Origin: an uncultured Chthoniobacter sp.
Lineage (GTDB): Bacteria; Verrucomicrobiota; Verrucomicrobiia; Chthoniobacterales; JACTMZ01
Assembly: GCA_964516705.1 (NCBI GenBank)
Contig: CAZEYV010000050.1
Span: 1-44,410 of the forward strand
Direction of reading: 5' to 3'
DNA: 44,410 nucleotides
Shown here: positions 1 to 8,906 of the stretch, piece after piece
How the letters are laid out: each line of letters starts with the position of its first letter
Numbering within the stretch: position 1 is the first letter of the stretch
Made by a program: the position numbers and the translations under genes
The notes under the pieces: model-generated
Databases searched by the model: none
What the model saw: only the letters and a program-made list of their open reading frames with translations
What the model was told of the DNA's origin: nothing

Positions 1-2059
1 CGTCGACGGCGATCACCTTGACCCGCAGCACGTCGCCTACCCGGCAGACGTCGCCCACGCTGGAGACATACTCCTCGGAGAGCTCGCTGATGTGGCAGAG
101 GCCGTCCTTGCCGGGCACGAGTTCGACGAACGCCCCAAACTCCTTGACGCTCGTGACCTTGCCCTCGTAGATCCGTCCGATCTGGATCGAGGCGGTGAGC
201 GCCTCCACCTGGGCCATGGCCGCCATCGCTCCTTCGGCGTCGTGGCTGGCGACGGTCACCGTGCCATCGTCCTCGACCTCGATGCTGGCTCCGGTGTTCT
301 CCTGGATCGCCCGGATCGTCTTGCCGCCGGGGCCGATGAGGAGGCCGATTTTGTCGACGGGGATCTTGAGCGTTTCGATGCGCGGGGCATACGGGCTCAT
401 TTCCGTGCGGTGCGAGGCGAGGGACGCGTTCATGACCTGCAGGATTTTGCCGCGGGCCTCGGTCGCTTCGTCGATGGCCAGCTTGAGGATGTCGAGGCTG
501 ATGCCCGGCAGCTTGAGATCGAGCTGGAATCCGGTGACGCCTTTTTCCGTGCCGCACAATTTGAAGTCCATGTCGCCGAAGTGGTCCTCGGAGCCGAGGA
601 TGTCGGTGAGCGTGGTGTAGCGCTTGAGCGCGCCGCTCTCGTCGAATTCGCTGACCAATCCGACGGAGATGCCGGCCACGGGTCGCTTGATCGGCACACC
701 GGCATCCATGAGGGCGAGCACGCCCGAGCAAACGCTGGCCATCGAGGTGGAACCGTTCGACTCCATGACTTCGCTGGTCACGCGGATGGCGTAGGGGAAT
801 TCGTTTTCCGGCGGGATGACCGGGAGGACGGAGCGCTCGGCGAGCGCGCCGTGTCCGATTTCGCGGCGGTTCATGCCGCCGAAGCGGCCGGTTTCACCGA
901 CGCTGAACGGCGGGAAGTTGTAGTGCAGGATGAAGCGTTTGGTCGCCTCGCCGCCGGTGTAGTTGTCGAGGTTCTGCGCTTCGTCGGCCGGGGCGAGGGT
1001 GGCGAGGGCCATGGCCTGCGTCTCGCCGCGGGCGAAGATGGCGGAACCGTGGGCGCGCGGGAGCACGCCGACTTCGGCTTCGAGTTTGCGCAGGTCGTGC
1101 AGTCCGCGTCCGTCGCAACGCTCTTTGCGGTCGAGGATGCTGATGCGGAAGGCTTTTTTCTGCAGGTAATCGAAGGCCTGGCCGATGGTGAACGGCGTGG
1201 CTTCGGGAAACTTCGCTTTGATCGCGGCTTCCACTTCCTGGCGCAGGGCGCCGACCGCTTTGGCGCGGTTGACTTTGCCGCTGGTGTAGAGGGCGGCTTC
1301 GATGCGGTCGCCGGCCACGGCGTAAGCGATCTCGAGGAGCGCGTCGTCGACCTTGAGCGGGGTGTAGTCGCGTTTCGGTTTGCCGGCTTTCTGCGCGAGT
1401 TCGCGCTGCATGGCGATGAGCTTGGCCACCGGTTCCTGGGCGAAATCGAGGGCGGCTTTGAAATCAGCCTCGGGCAATTCGTCGCAGGCCCCTTCGATCA
1501 TGATGACTTCGTTTTCCTTGCCGACGTAGACAAGGTCGAGGTCGCTGTGCTCGCGCTGGGCGTGGGTGGGATTGATGACGAACTCGCCGTTGACCCGTCC
1601 GATGCGCACCGCGCCGATCGGGCCGGCGAAGGGAATGTCGGAAACGGTGAGCGCGGCGGAGGCGCCGTTGATGCTCAGGATGTCGGCGTCATTCTCGCCG
1701 TCCGCGCTGAGCAGGAGGCTGATGATCTGCGTCTCGAAGAAGTAGTCCTTCGGGAAGAGCGGGCGCAGCGGACGGTCGGTCATGCGCGCGGTGAGGGTTT
1801 CTTTTTCGGTCGGGCGTCCTTCGCGTTTGAAGTATCCGCCGGGGAATTTGCCGGCCGCGGCCGCCTTTTCCTTGTAGTCGACGGTCAGCGGGAAGAAGTC
1901 CTGCCCCTCGCGCAGTTTGGTCGCGGAGACGGCGCTGGCCAGGATGATGGTGTCGCCGGTGCGGACCATGACGGCGCCGTCGGCGAGTTTGGCAATTTTG
2001 CCGGTTTCGATGGTGATCTCATTCTGGCCGATGCGGCCGGAGACGATGGTGTGTGACAT
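1..2059 (-). CDS. pnp: Polyribonucleotide nucleotidyltransferase (PNPase), 3' end runs off the window
   Basis: Not in the ORF track; translated by hand from ATG at 2059: MSHTIVSGRIGQNEITIETGKIAKLADGAV...DFFPLTVDYKEK...GKFPGGYFKREGRP; S1 domain (GLCHISELS...VGDVLRVKVIAVD) at the window edge; directly downstream of rpsO. Confidence 0.97.
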   Translation of the reverse strand, partial: MSHTIVSGRIGQNEITIETGKIAKLADGAVMVRTGDTIILASAVSATKLREGQDFFPLTVDYKEKAAAAGKFPGGYFKREGRPTEKETLTARMTDRPLRPLFPKDYFFETQIISLLLSADGENDADILSINGASAALTVSDIPFAGPIGAVRIGRVNGEFVINPTHAQREHSDLDLVYVGKENEVIMIEGACDELPEADFKAALDFAQEPVAKLIAMQRELAQKAGKPKRDYTPLKVDDALLEIAYAVAGDRIEAALYTSGKVNRAKAVGALRQEVEAAIKAKFPEATPFTIGQAFDYLQKKAFRISILDRKERCDGRGLHDLRKLEAEVGVLPRAHGSAIFARGETQAMALATLAPADEAQNLDNYTGGEATKRFILHYNFPPFSVGETGRFGGMNRREIGHGALAERSVLPVIPPENEFPYAIRVTSEVMESNGSTSMASVCSGVLALMDAGVPIKRPVAGISVGLVSEFDESGALKRYTTLTDILGSEDHFGDMDFKLCGTEKGVTGFQLDLKLPGISLDILKLAIDEATEARGKILQVMNASLASHRTEMSPYAPRIETLKIPVDKIGLLIGPGGKTIRAIQENTGASIEVEDDGTVTVASHDAEGAMAAMAQVEALTASIQIGRIYEGKVTSVKEFGAFVELVPGKDGLCHISELSEEYVSSVGDVCRVGDVLRVKVIAVD

Positions 2060-2196
2060 GTGGTTTCCTTACGGGTTGTGGTTGGTGAACACCGGCCCCG
2101 CATCATCCCAAAGCACAGGATCCAAGGCTCCGCGCGGGAGACCTGAAGCCCAGGCTGGGGGCATGAATGACGGGGTCGTTGGTTCTGATGGCTGGC

Positions 2197-2223
2197 AAAA
2201 AACCGCCGCGAGAGCGGCGGTTT
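2197..2223 (-). terminator. Intrinsic terminator after rpsO
   Basis: AAACCGCCGC-GAGA-GCGGCGGTTT perfect hairpin; the A-run at 2197-2202 gives a U-tail on the minus strand. Confidence 0.85.
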
Positions 2224-2226
2224 GGT

Positions 2227-2478
2227 TTATTTGCGAAGATTGAGACTCTCGAGGAGTTTGCTGTAGCGCTCCTCGGCGGTGTCTTTCAAATAGTCGAGAA
2301 GGCTGCGACGGCGGGCCACCATTTTGAGGAGGCCGCGGCGGGAAGAATGGTCTTTGGCGTGCCCTTTGAGGTGCTCGGTCAGCTCGTTGATGCGCTCGGT
2401 CAGGCGCGCGACTTGCACGTCCGCGCTTCCGGTGTCTTTCTCATGCAGCGCCACGCTGCTTACGGCGGTCTTGGTCAT
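2227..2478 (-). CDS. rpsO: 30S ribosomal protein S15
   Basis: [54 protein letters not shown]; start trimmed to ATG 2478. Confidence 0.98.
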   Translation of the reverse strand: MTKTAVSSVALHEKDTGSADVQVARLTERINELTEHLKGHAKDHSSRRGLLKMVARRRSLLDYLKDTAEERYSKLLESLNLRK

Positions 2479-2492
2479 ATCGGGAACCGCGG

Positions 2493-2520
2493 ATATTAGC
2501 CGGTTGGCGCCGCGGGGCAA
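2493..2520 (-). promoter_or_regulatory. Putative sigma70 promoter of rpsO-pnp
   Basis: TTGCCC-N16-TAATAT on the minus strand, 14 nt before the ATG. Confidence 0.5.
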
Positions 2521-2676
2521 GGGCGAAGTTGGGAAAAGGGGGCGGACGGCGGAAACTCGAGGGCTGAATCGCTGCGGCGGCCGGGTCTTTCGGCCCGGCG
2601 CAGGCGGAAGGGTTCTAACAGATCACCGGAGCGCCCGGGCGCTCGGGGCAGATGGCCACAGGCCACCGCAAGTGCG

Positions 2677-3297
2677 GTGACCATCCAAAACGGCGGCACA
2701 CTGGGGGGCGGTGGCACCGTGGGAGCGGTGACCGTCCAGAGCGGCGGCACGCTGGCCCCGGGTAATTCCCCCGGCACGCTGAACATCAACGGCGACATCG
2801 ATTGGCTCGGCGGCGGCAACTACAACTGGCAGATCGCGGGTGTGACCGGCACCGCAGGCACCGTCTCCACATGGGACTTGGTCTCCGCCACGGGCGTCCT
2901 CGACCTGAGTGCGTTGAACATCGGCAGCAAGTTCAACATCAACCTCTGGTCGCTCTCGTCCTCCGCTCCCGATGTGAACGGCGCCGTGACCGGATTCGAC
3001 AACACGCAGAACTACACGTGGAAGATCGCCACCGCGTTGGGTGGAATCACCGGCTTCAACAGCAGCTACTTCAACTTGAACACCGGAACAATCAACGGCA
3101 CGGGAGGCTTTGCCAACGGGCTGGGCGGTGGCAGTTTCTCCCTCGCGCAAAGCCTCGACGGCAAGGATCTCAACATCGTCTTCACTCCGGCCAGTGCCCC
3201 CATTCCCGAGCCCGGCACTTGGGCCGCGGCGGTGTTGCTCGCCAGTGGCGCGGCCTTCATGCGCTGGCGCAAACGTAAGGATTCGAACAGAAGCTAA
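2677..3297 (+). pseudogene. 5'-truncated PEP-CTERM surface protein (autotransporter-like beta-helix C-terminal region)
   Basis: Begins mid-repeat (GGTLGGGGTVGAVTVQSGGTLAPGNSPGTL) with no signal peptide; ends IPEPGTWAAAVLLASGAAFMRWRKRK (PEP motif, TM helix, basic tail). Confidence 0.7.
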
Positions 3298-3313
3298 CGA
3301 AGGAAACGAAGGT
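3286..3313. repeat. Short degenerate ~9-mer tandem array over the PEP-CTERM stop codon
   Basis: aacagaagct aacgaagga aacgaaggt. Confidence 0.45.
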
Positions 3314-3377
3314 TTCTGCCGCCCGTCCCGCCGGTCGCGGGGTTGCCAGCGCGCCGGGCCGAGCCTACGGTGCCTTC

Positions 3378-3596
3378 ATGCACCCGGTGGTGAACATCGA
3401 CGAAAAAATCGGCAAGACTGTGGGTCGGCGAAAGATCAAGGATTCTCTGGTTTACGGGCTCGGCCTCCAGAAGTCGCTGGCCCGGATCCGCGAAGAGGCC
3501 GGTTTTCCCCGGTTTCCCAAGGGTGTTTTCAAGTTCCGTTCCTTCGAGGAGGCCGATGCATGGATGATGCACCACATGACGAAGCCCCGGAGCTGA
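3378..3596 (+). CDS. Small basic hypothetical protein, partner of the downstream nucleotidyltransferase (antitoxin-like)
   Basis: 72 aa, PKGVFKFRSFEEADAW; overlaps the next gene by 37 bp. Confidence 0.7.
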   Translation: MHPVVNIDEKIGKTVGRRKIKDSLVYGLGLQKSLARIREEAGFPRFPKGVFKFRSFEEADAWMMHHMTKPRS

Positions 3597-4081
3597 TCCC
3601 GCGGCCTCCGCAACAAGAGGACGTGGTCAGTCTTTGCCGCGAGTTGAATCGTTTGGGTGCCAAATATGTCGTGGTCGGTGGATTTGCCGTTATTGAAGCT
3701 GGGTATTCCCGCACTACCGGCGACATCGACTTGCTCGTTGACTCTGCGGCCGACAACGAAGTGAAAGTTTTTGAGGCACTGGCCACGCTTCCCGATGGCG
3801 CGGTGCGGGAACTCGACGCAGGTGATGTCGAAAAGTTCACGGTTGTTCGTGTTGCCGATGAAGTTCTGGTCGATCTCATGGCCAAAGCCAGCGGCATCAG
3901 CTACGAGGAAGCCAAGGGTCACGTCCATGTGCGCGAACTCGATGGTGTGAAAATTCCCTTCGCCAACCCCGACCTCCTTTGGCGCATGAAAAGTCGCTCG
4001 ATGCGCCCCAAGGATCAGGGGGATTTGTTTTTTCTGCGCGAGTTGTTCGCGGCCGAGGGGCGGAAACCGCCGGACGAGTAG
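3560..4081 (+). CDS. Pol-beta superfamily nucleotidyltransferase (AbiEii/DUF6036-like)
   Basis: YVVVGGFAV...GYSRTTGDIDLLV and C-terminal RPKDQGDL motifs; GAGGAGG Shine-Dalgarno upstream of ATG 3560. Confidence 0.85.
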   Translation: MDDAPHDEAPELIPRPPQQEDVVSLCRELNRLGAKYVVVGGFAVIEAGYSRTTGDIDLLVDSAADNEVKVFEALATLPDGAVRELDAGDVEKFTVVRVADEVLVDLMAKASGISYEEAKGHVHVRELDGVKIPFANPDLLWRMKSRSMRPKDQGDLFFLRELFAAEGRKPPDE

Positions 4082-4114
4082 CCCGCACTCGGCAGACCGC
4101 CTGGAGCGAACGGC

Positions 4115-4687
4115 TTATCTGAAGAAATTGGTGTCGCCGTAGGCGCAAAAGCTGAAAACGTCGTCGGCCGTCTTGAGGCGGGGGTTGTCCTGCTTCCGGT
4201 TCTTGCCCAGGCTCACCACGATGAACGTGCTCGTGATATTTTCGCGGTTTCCTTTGTCATAATACTCCAGCTTGCCGCTGTTATCGATATCCCACTTCAT
4301 CGAATACTGGTTGCCCCAGGGGTCCTTGAAAGTGCCGTCCTCCTTGATCTCGCCTTCGCCGTAGTAAGGACGCAGGTTGACCATGACTTTTTTCCCGTCG
4401 TTCAGTTTGGTCGGGGGTCCATACCACGAGTTGAACTCGCCGTTGGTGGCCTTGCTCGCGGGCCAGCGGTTCATGTTGTCCGCCCTGTATAAGGACATGG
4501 CCGCGGTCAATCCCCTCATGTGCTGGTTCTGCACCTTGGAAATGGTGATGCGGTCCATGATACTGCGGTAGGAACCGACGGATAAGGCGGCCAGGACGGC
4601 GATGATGGCTATCACCACCAAGAGTTCGATCAAAGTGAAGGCGCGGCCCACCGCGGATGAGATTTTTGTTGGGCGGGGGGAGACCAT
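4115..4687 (-). CDS. Prepilin-type N-terminal cleavage/methylation domain protein (GspG-like)
   Basis: RAFTLIELLVVIAIIAVLAAL N-terminus; DPWGNQY motif. Confidence 0.9.
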   Translation of the reverse strand: MVSPRPTKISSAVGRAFTLIELLVVIAIIAVLAALSVGSYRSIMDRITISKVQNQHMRGLTAAMSLYRADNMNRWPASKATNGEFNSWYGPPTKLNDGKKVMVNLRPYYGEGEIKEDGTFKDPWGNQYSMKWDIDNSGKLEYYDKGNRENITSTFIVVSLGKNRKQDNPRLKTADDVFSFCAYGDTNFFR

Positions 4688-4824
4688 AATCCCGGAAATA
4701 TTGTTGACAAACCGCGTCGATCAACACAAATCAGCGTCCTGGCATTATTTTTGTTCAACTCGGAGGAGCGGCACGGGCGCGGGGCCCGGCGAGTCGGACG
4801 GAGCAGCGCGGGGCGCGGGTCCGG

Positions 4825-6006
4825 TCAAGGACCCGTCCGGTTTTTGAAGTCGGGGAGCCTTGGGCGGGGGTCGTAATACTGGTGGAAAACCGGCGAGGTG
4901 GCACCGGAGACCGGCGGGACGAGCCACGACCAATCGCCGGGCACGGTCCGTCCCGCGGCTTTCTCGCCGGCCAGATGCTCCATGAATTGGCGCGAGGCCG
5001 CGTGGTGGTCCACGATGGTGACACCGTCCCTCCGGAAGGAATAGAGCACGGCCGTGCAGAGCTCGAGCACCGCGCGGTCCCGCCAAAGGGGGTCCTTGCC
5101 ACGCAGCGCCGGGTCGAGGCGGTCGGCCACCACGGGCAGAAGATGGTAGCGGCCGGGATCGGCAAGGTTGCGCGCGGCGATTTCGGTTTCCATGTAATAT
5201 CCGCTGAAAGGGGCCGCCGGATACGTCACCCCGCCCGCATCGAGTGTCATATTCGACACCGCCGGCAGGGCATGCCAGCGCAGGCCCAGCTCCGCGAACC
5301 ACGGGAAGTCCGGATGTTCCAGCCTCACTTCCAGCACGGCGTCGCGCGGGAGTTCGAAGACCCGGGCTTGGCCCGGCTTTTCCTCGATGATCAAGGGCAG
5401 GAGGTCGAAAGGGGTGCGCCGCGCCGGCGGCTTCCAGCCGAGCGTCATGGCCCGCTCCGTGAAGGCAACCTCGGCGGGATCGCCCGTCACGGTTCCGCCC
5501 GGTCCGCGGTAGCCCGCGTAGCGTGCGAGTTGGTAGTTGGCGATGCGCGGTCCGGGGCGCCCGATTTCGTCCGGGGCGAAGACAGTGATCAAGGGACGGA
5601 TGCGTCCGCCGTTGGTCGACCAGCGCAGGTGCTCGACGCAGGCCTCGAAAATGTCGCCGGCCGATCGCATCCCGCGACGGTCATGCACCGCGAGCGATTC
5701 CCAAAACCGCCGCCCGATGCACCGGCGGTTGTGACGCCACGCCACGCGGCAGGCGTGTTCGAGTTCCTCGCGGGTCTGGGCATAGCAACCCGACCGCGCG
5801 ATTTCGTCCTCCGCCTCCGCCCAGCGCGCGGCATCGGGGACCCGACCGTGCTCCGCGGCGAAAAGTCCGAGGAATTCCTTGGCGGCTTTCCGCCGCGCGG
5901 CCGCATTTTCCGGGGCTCCGCTGTCCGTCTCCTGCCCGGTGGCCGGCCACGTCCGTCCGCTGAAAGGACAGACGGTCCCGGCGGGCGCGGCATCGGGGCG
6001 GGTCAT
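4825..6006 (-). CDS. nos: Nitric oxide synthase oxygenase domain (stand-alone bacterial NOS)
   Basis: AWRHNRRCIGRRFW heme-thiolate motif, STNGGRIRPLITVF, WHALPAVSNM, APFSGYYMETEIAARNLAD, TIVDHH, GDWSWLVPP, SPVFH; start trimmed to ATG 6006. Confidence 0.93.
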   Translation of the reverse strand: MTRPDAAPAGTVCPFSGRTWPATGQETDSGAPENAAARRKAAKEFLGLFAAEHGRVPDAARWAEAEDEIARSGCYAQTREELEHACRVAWRHNRRCIGRRFWESLAVHDRRGMRSAGDIFEACVEHLRWSTNGGRIRPLITVFAPDEIGRPGPRIANYQLARYAGYRGPGGTVTGDPAEVAFTERAMTLGWKPPARRTPFDLLPLIIEEKPGQARVFELPRDAVLEVRLEHPDFPWFAELGLRWHALPAVSNMTLDAGGVTYPAAPFSGYYMETEIAARNLADPGRYHLLPVVADRLDPALRGKDPLWRDRAVLELCTAVLYSFRRDGVTIVDHHAASRQFMEHLAGEKAAGRTVPGDWSWLVPPVSGATSPVFHQYYDPRPRLPDFKNRTGP

Positions 6007-6171
6007 GGCGAACTTCCGCCCGGGTGGCCTACACCATCGGCGCGCGGGCGGAGGGGATATAGTATGGAGGCGCAGTTGTGCTGTCCAACGCGCAATGCCA
6101 AACCGCAAAACCCCGGTCCTTTGGCCTCGCCAAAACTCGCTCGTGTGGATTAACACTATCCTTTCACGGAT

Positions 6172-7413
6172 ATGAGCGAGCGTCGTGTGGTCATTTCAGG
6201 AATGGGGGTTATTTCCCCGGTCGGCAATGATCTGGAGTCCTTTTGGGAAAGCCTGAAAGCCGGTCGCAGCGGCATCACGCGCTACAAGGCGTTCGATTCG
6301 GAAAAGTTCGACAGCAAGATCGCGGGCGAGGTGCGCGATTTCGAGCCCGCCCGGTATTTCAAGACGCCGAAGGACGTCAAACGCACCGACCGCTACACGC
6401 AGCTCGCGGTGGCGGCCGCGAGGATGGGCCTCGACGACTCCGGGCTCGATCTCGCCTCGACCGACCTCGACCGGGCCGGCGTGATGATCGGCAGCGGGGT
6501 GGGCGGTCTGCAGACCATGGAGGACCAGGTGACGAAGATGGCGCTGAAGGGGCCGGACCGCACGTCGCCCTTCATGATCCCGATGATGATCAGCAACATG
6601 GCGAGCGGTTTCATCTCGATGGAGCACGGCCTGCGCGGACCGAACATGGCCATCGTCACCGCCTGCGCCACGGCCAACCACTGCATGGGCGAGGCCTGGC
6701 GCATCATCAAGTTCGGCGATGCCGATGTCATGGTGACCGGCGGCAGCGAGGCCTGCATCGTGCCCGTGGGCATCGCGGGATTCTGCGCCATGCGGGCCTT
6801 GAGCACGCGCAACGACGAACCGGAGCGCGCTTCGCGTCCGTTCGACAAGGACCGCGACGGCTTCGTCATGGGCGAGGGGGCGGGCGTCATCATTCTCGAG
6901 GAATACGAGCATGCGAAAAAGCGCGGCGCGAAAATTTATTGCGAGCTGGCCGGTTACGGTCTGACCGCCGATGCCTACCACATGAGCGCCCCGCTGCCGG
7001 GCGGGGAAGGGGCCTCCCGTTGCATGGGCATGGCCATGAAGCACGCCAAGGTCAACCCGGGGGACATCGACTACATCAATGCGCACGGCACTTCCACGCC
7101 GGTGGGCGACATCTGCGAGACCAAGGCGGTGAAGCACGCGTTCGGGGAACACGCCAAGGGCCTGCTCGTCAGTTCGACCAAATCGATGACCGGCCACCTG
7201 CTCGGTGCGGCCGGTGCGGTGGAGATGGCCGCCTCCGTGCTGGCTATGCGCGACGGCATCGTTCCTCCGACGATCAACCTCGACAATCCGGACCCCGAGT
7301 GCGACCTCGACTACGTGCCGCATCGGGCGCGGGAGAAAAAAGTCAAGGTGGCGATCAGCAATTCCTTCGGTTTCGGCGGGCACAATTCGTCGGTGGTGAT
7401 CAAGGCGGTCTGA
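6172..7413 (+). CDS. fabF: 3-oxoacyl-ACP synthase II
   Basis: RRVVISGMG, TACATANH, YINAHGTST, STKSMTGHLLGAAG, SNSFGFGGHN. Confidence 0.97.
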   Translation: MSERRVVISGMGVISPVGNDLESFWESLKAGRSGITRYKAFDSEKFDSKIAGEVRDFEPARYFKTPKDVKRTDRYTQLAVAAARMGLDDSGLDLASTDLDRAGVMIGSGVGGLQTMEDQVTKMALKGPDRTSPFMIPMMISNMASGFISMEHGLRGPNMAIVTACATANHCMGEAWRIIKFGDADVMVTGGSEACIVPVGIAGFCAMRALSTRNDEPERASRPFDKDRDGFVMGEGAGVIILEEYEHAKKRGAKIYCELAGYGLTADAYHMSAPLPGGEGASRCMGMAMKHAKVNPGDIDYINAHGTSTPVGDICETKAVKHAFGEHAKGLLVSSTKSMTGHLLGAAGAVEMAASVLAMRDGIVPPTINLDNPDPECDLDYVPHRAREKKVKVAISNSFGFGGHNSSVVIKAV

Positions 7414-7423
7414 GGTTTCCCGC

Positions 7424-8236
7424 ATGACGTCGGCACGCCCCGGTCCGGACGAATTTTCCGGCGTTCCCGCGGTGCTGTCCGCGTTCCGTCCGCAAGCGGC
7501 GCTGGTGCTGGGCTCCGGTCTCGGCGGCTTTGCCGACGACTGCCACCGGCTCTTCGAAGTGTCCTACGCCGAGGTCCCGGGTTTGCCCGAATCGAAAGTC
7601 CCGGGCCACGCGGGCAAATTCATCGGGGCCGAACTGGGCGGGGTGCCTTTGCTCCTGGCCATGGGGCGGGTGCATTATTACGAGGGGCACAGCGCGCGGC
7701 AGGTGGCTGCCCATGTGCGGTTGATGGCTTCGCTGGGACCGGAGGTGCTGTTTTTGACCAACGCGGCGGGGACCTTGAACCGCGATTTCGCGCCGGGCGG
7801 ATGGATGATGTTGAGCGACCACCTCAATCTCACCGCGGTGTCGCCGCTGGCGGGCGGTCCGAATTTTCATGACATGTCGGAAGTCTACGACGCGCGGTTG
7901 CGCGGGGTCTTCCGCGGACTGGCCGCGGAGTCCGGGATGCATCTCCACGAGGGGGTGTATGCCTCGGTGCCGGGGCCGCAATACGAGACGCCGGCGGAAG
8001 TGCGGATGTTGCGCACGCTCGGGGCCGATGCGGTGGGCATGTCGACTGTCTTCGAGGCCATCCAGGCGCGCGCGCTCGGCTTGCGGGTCGCGGCCTTCTC
8101 CTGCCTGACCAACTGGGCGGCGGGGGTCACCGACCGTCCGCTCTCGCACGACGAAGTGATGGAAACCGGCCGCACGGCGGCTGCCGCGCTCAGTCCCTTG
8201 CTGGAGACGGCCTTGCGGCAAGGTTGGGCAAGGTAG
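7424..8236 (+). CDS. punA: Purine-nucleoside phosphorylase (trimeric PNP/XapA type)
   Basis: LVLGSGLG, VPGHAG, GRVHYYEG, TNAAG, GPQYETPAE, DAVGMSTVFE. Confidence 0.92.
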   Translation: MTSARPGPDEFSGVPAVLSAFRPQAALVLGSGLGGFADDCHRLFEVSYAEVPGLPESKVPGHAGKFIGAELGGVPLLLAMGRVHYYEGHSARQVAAHVRLMASLGPEVLFLTNAAGTLNRDFAPGGWMMLSDHLNLTAVSPLAGGPNFHDMSEVYDARLRGVFRGLAAESGMHLHEGVYASVPGPQYETPAEVRMLRTLGADAVGMSTVFEAIQARALGLRVAAFSCLTNWAAGVTDRPLSHDEVMETGRTAAAALSPLLETALRQGWAR

Positions 8237-8306
8237 GGCCGCCCCGGGGCCCGGCAGCATCCTGCTTCCCCCTGCGGCGGCGGGTCTGATAGTGTCGGCA
8301 ACCCTC

Positions 8307-8903
8307 ATGGCTGAAGTCGCCGAAGAACAAGAGATCAATGACGCCGATCTCGTGGCCCGCACGCAGGACGGCGACCCGCGGGCCTTCGACGACTTGGTGC
8401 GCAAATACAGTCCGCGCCTTTACGGTTTGGTCTACAACATGACGTCCAACCACGAGGACACCAACGACCTGTTGCAGGACATTTTCTCCAAGGCCTACCG
8501 GTCGATCCGCGGTTTCAAGGGCAAGTCGAGCTTCTACACCTGGCTGCACACCATCGCCACGAACATGACGATCAACTTCCTGAAAAAGCGGTCCCGCACC
8601 CGCGGCCTGAGTCTGGATGATGTGGACAACGGGATCCATCACGACCCGGATTTCATCGAAATGACCTCGGGGCCGGATGCAAGGCGAGAGGTCAATCTCA
8701 AAGAACTGCAGACAAGATTGAACGAGGCGATGATGAAGCTGTCGAATGAACACAGAGCCGTGGTCACCATGTTCGACATCCAAGGCATGCCGCATGCCGA
8801 AATCGGAAAAATCCTGGGGATTTCCGAAGGGACGGTGCGTTCCCGTCTCTTTTACGCCCACCGCCAGCTGCAAAACCACCTGCAGGAGTTTTTGGTCCCT
8901 TAG
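8307..8903 (+). CDS. ECF RNA polymerase sigma factor (RpoE-like)
   Basis: DADLVARTQDGDPRAFDDLV, DLLQDIFSKAY, FKGKSSFYTWLHTIATN, EIGKILGISEGTVRSRLFYA. Confidence 0.93.
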   Translation: MAEVAEEQEINDADLVARTQDGDPRAFDDLVRKYSPRLYGLVYNMTSNHEDTNDLLQDIFSKAYRSIRGFKGKSSFYTWLHTIATNMTINFLKKRSRTRGLSLDDVDNGIHHDPDFIEMTSGPDARREVNLKELQTRLNEAMMKLSNEHRAVVTMFDIQGMPHAEIGKILGISEGTVRSRLFYAHRQLQNHLQEFLVP

Positions 8904-8906
8904 CCT

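Noticed and set aside
92-2056. 654-aa plus-strand ORF
   Set aside because: Antisense shadow of pnp, typical of high-GC codon bias; no motifs.
2218-2228. CGGTTTGGTTT identical to the 5' end of the candidate sRNA at 37561, so complementary to the rpsO stop/terminator region
   Set aside because: A single low-complexity 11-nt match can arise by chance; unsupported without conservation data.
4740-4754. Sigma54-like TGGCATT-N4-TTGT
   Set aside because: Lacks the -12 GC and points antisense into the 3' end of nos.
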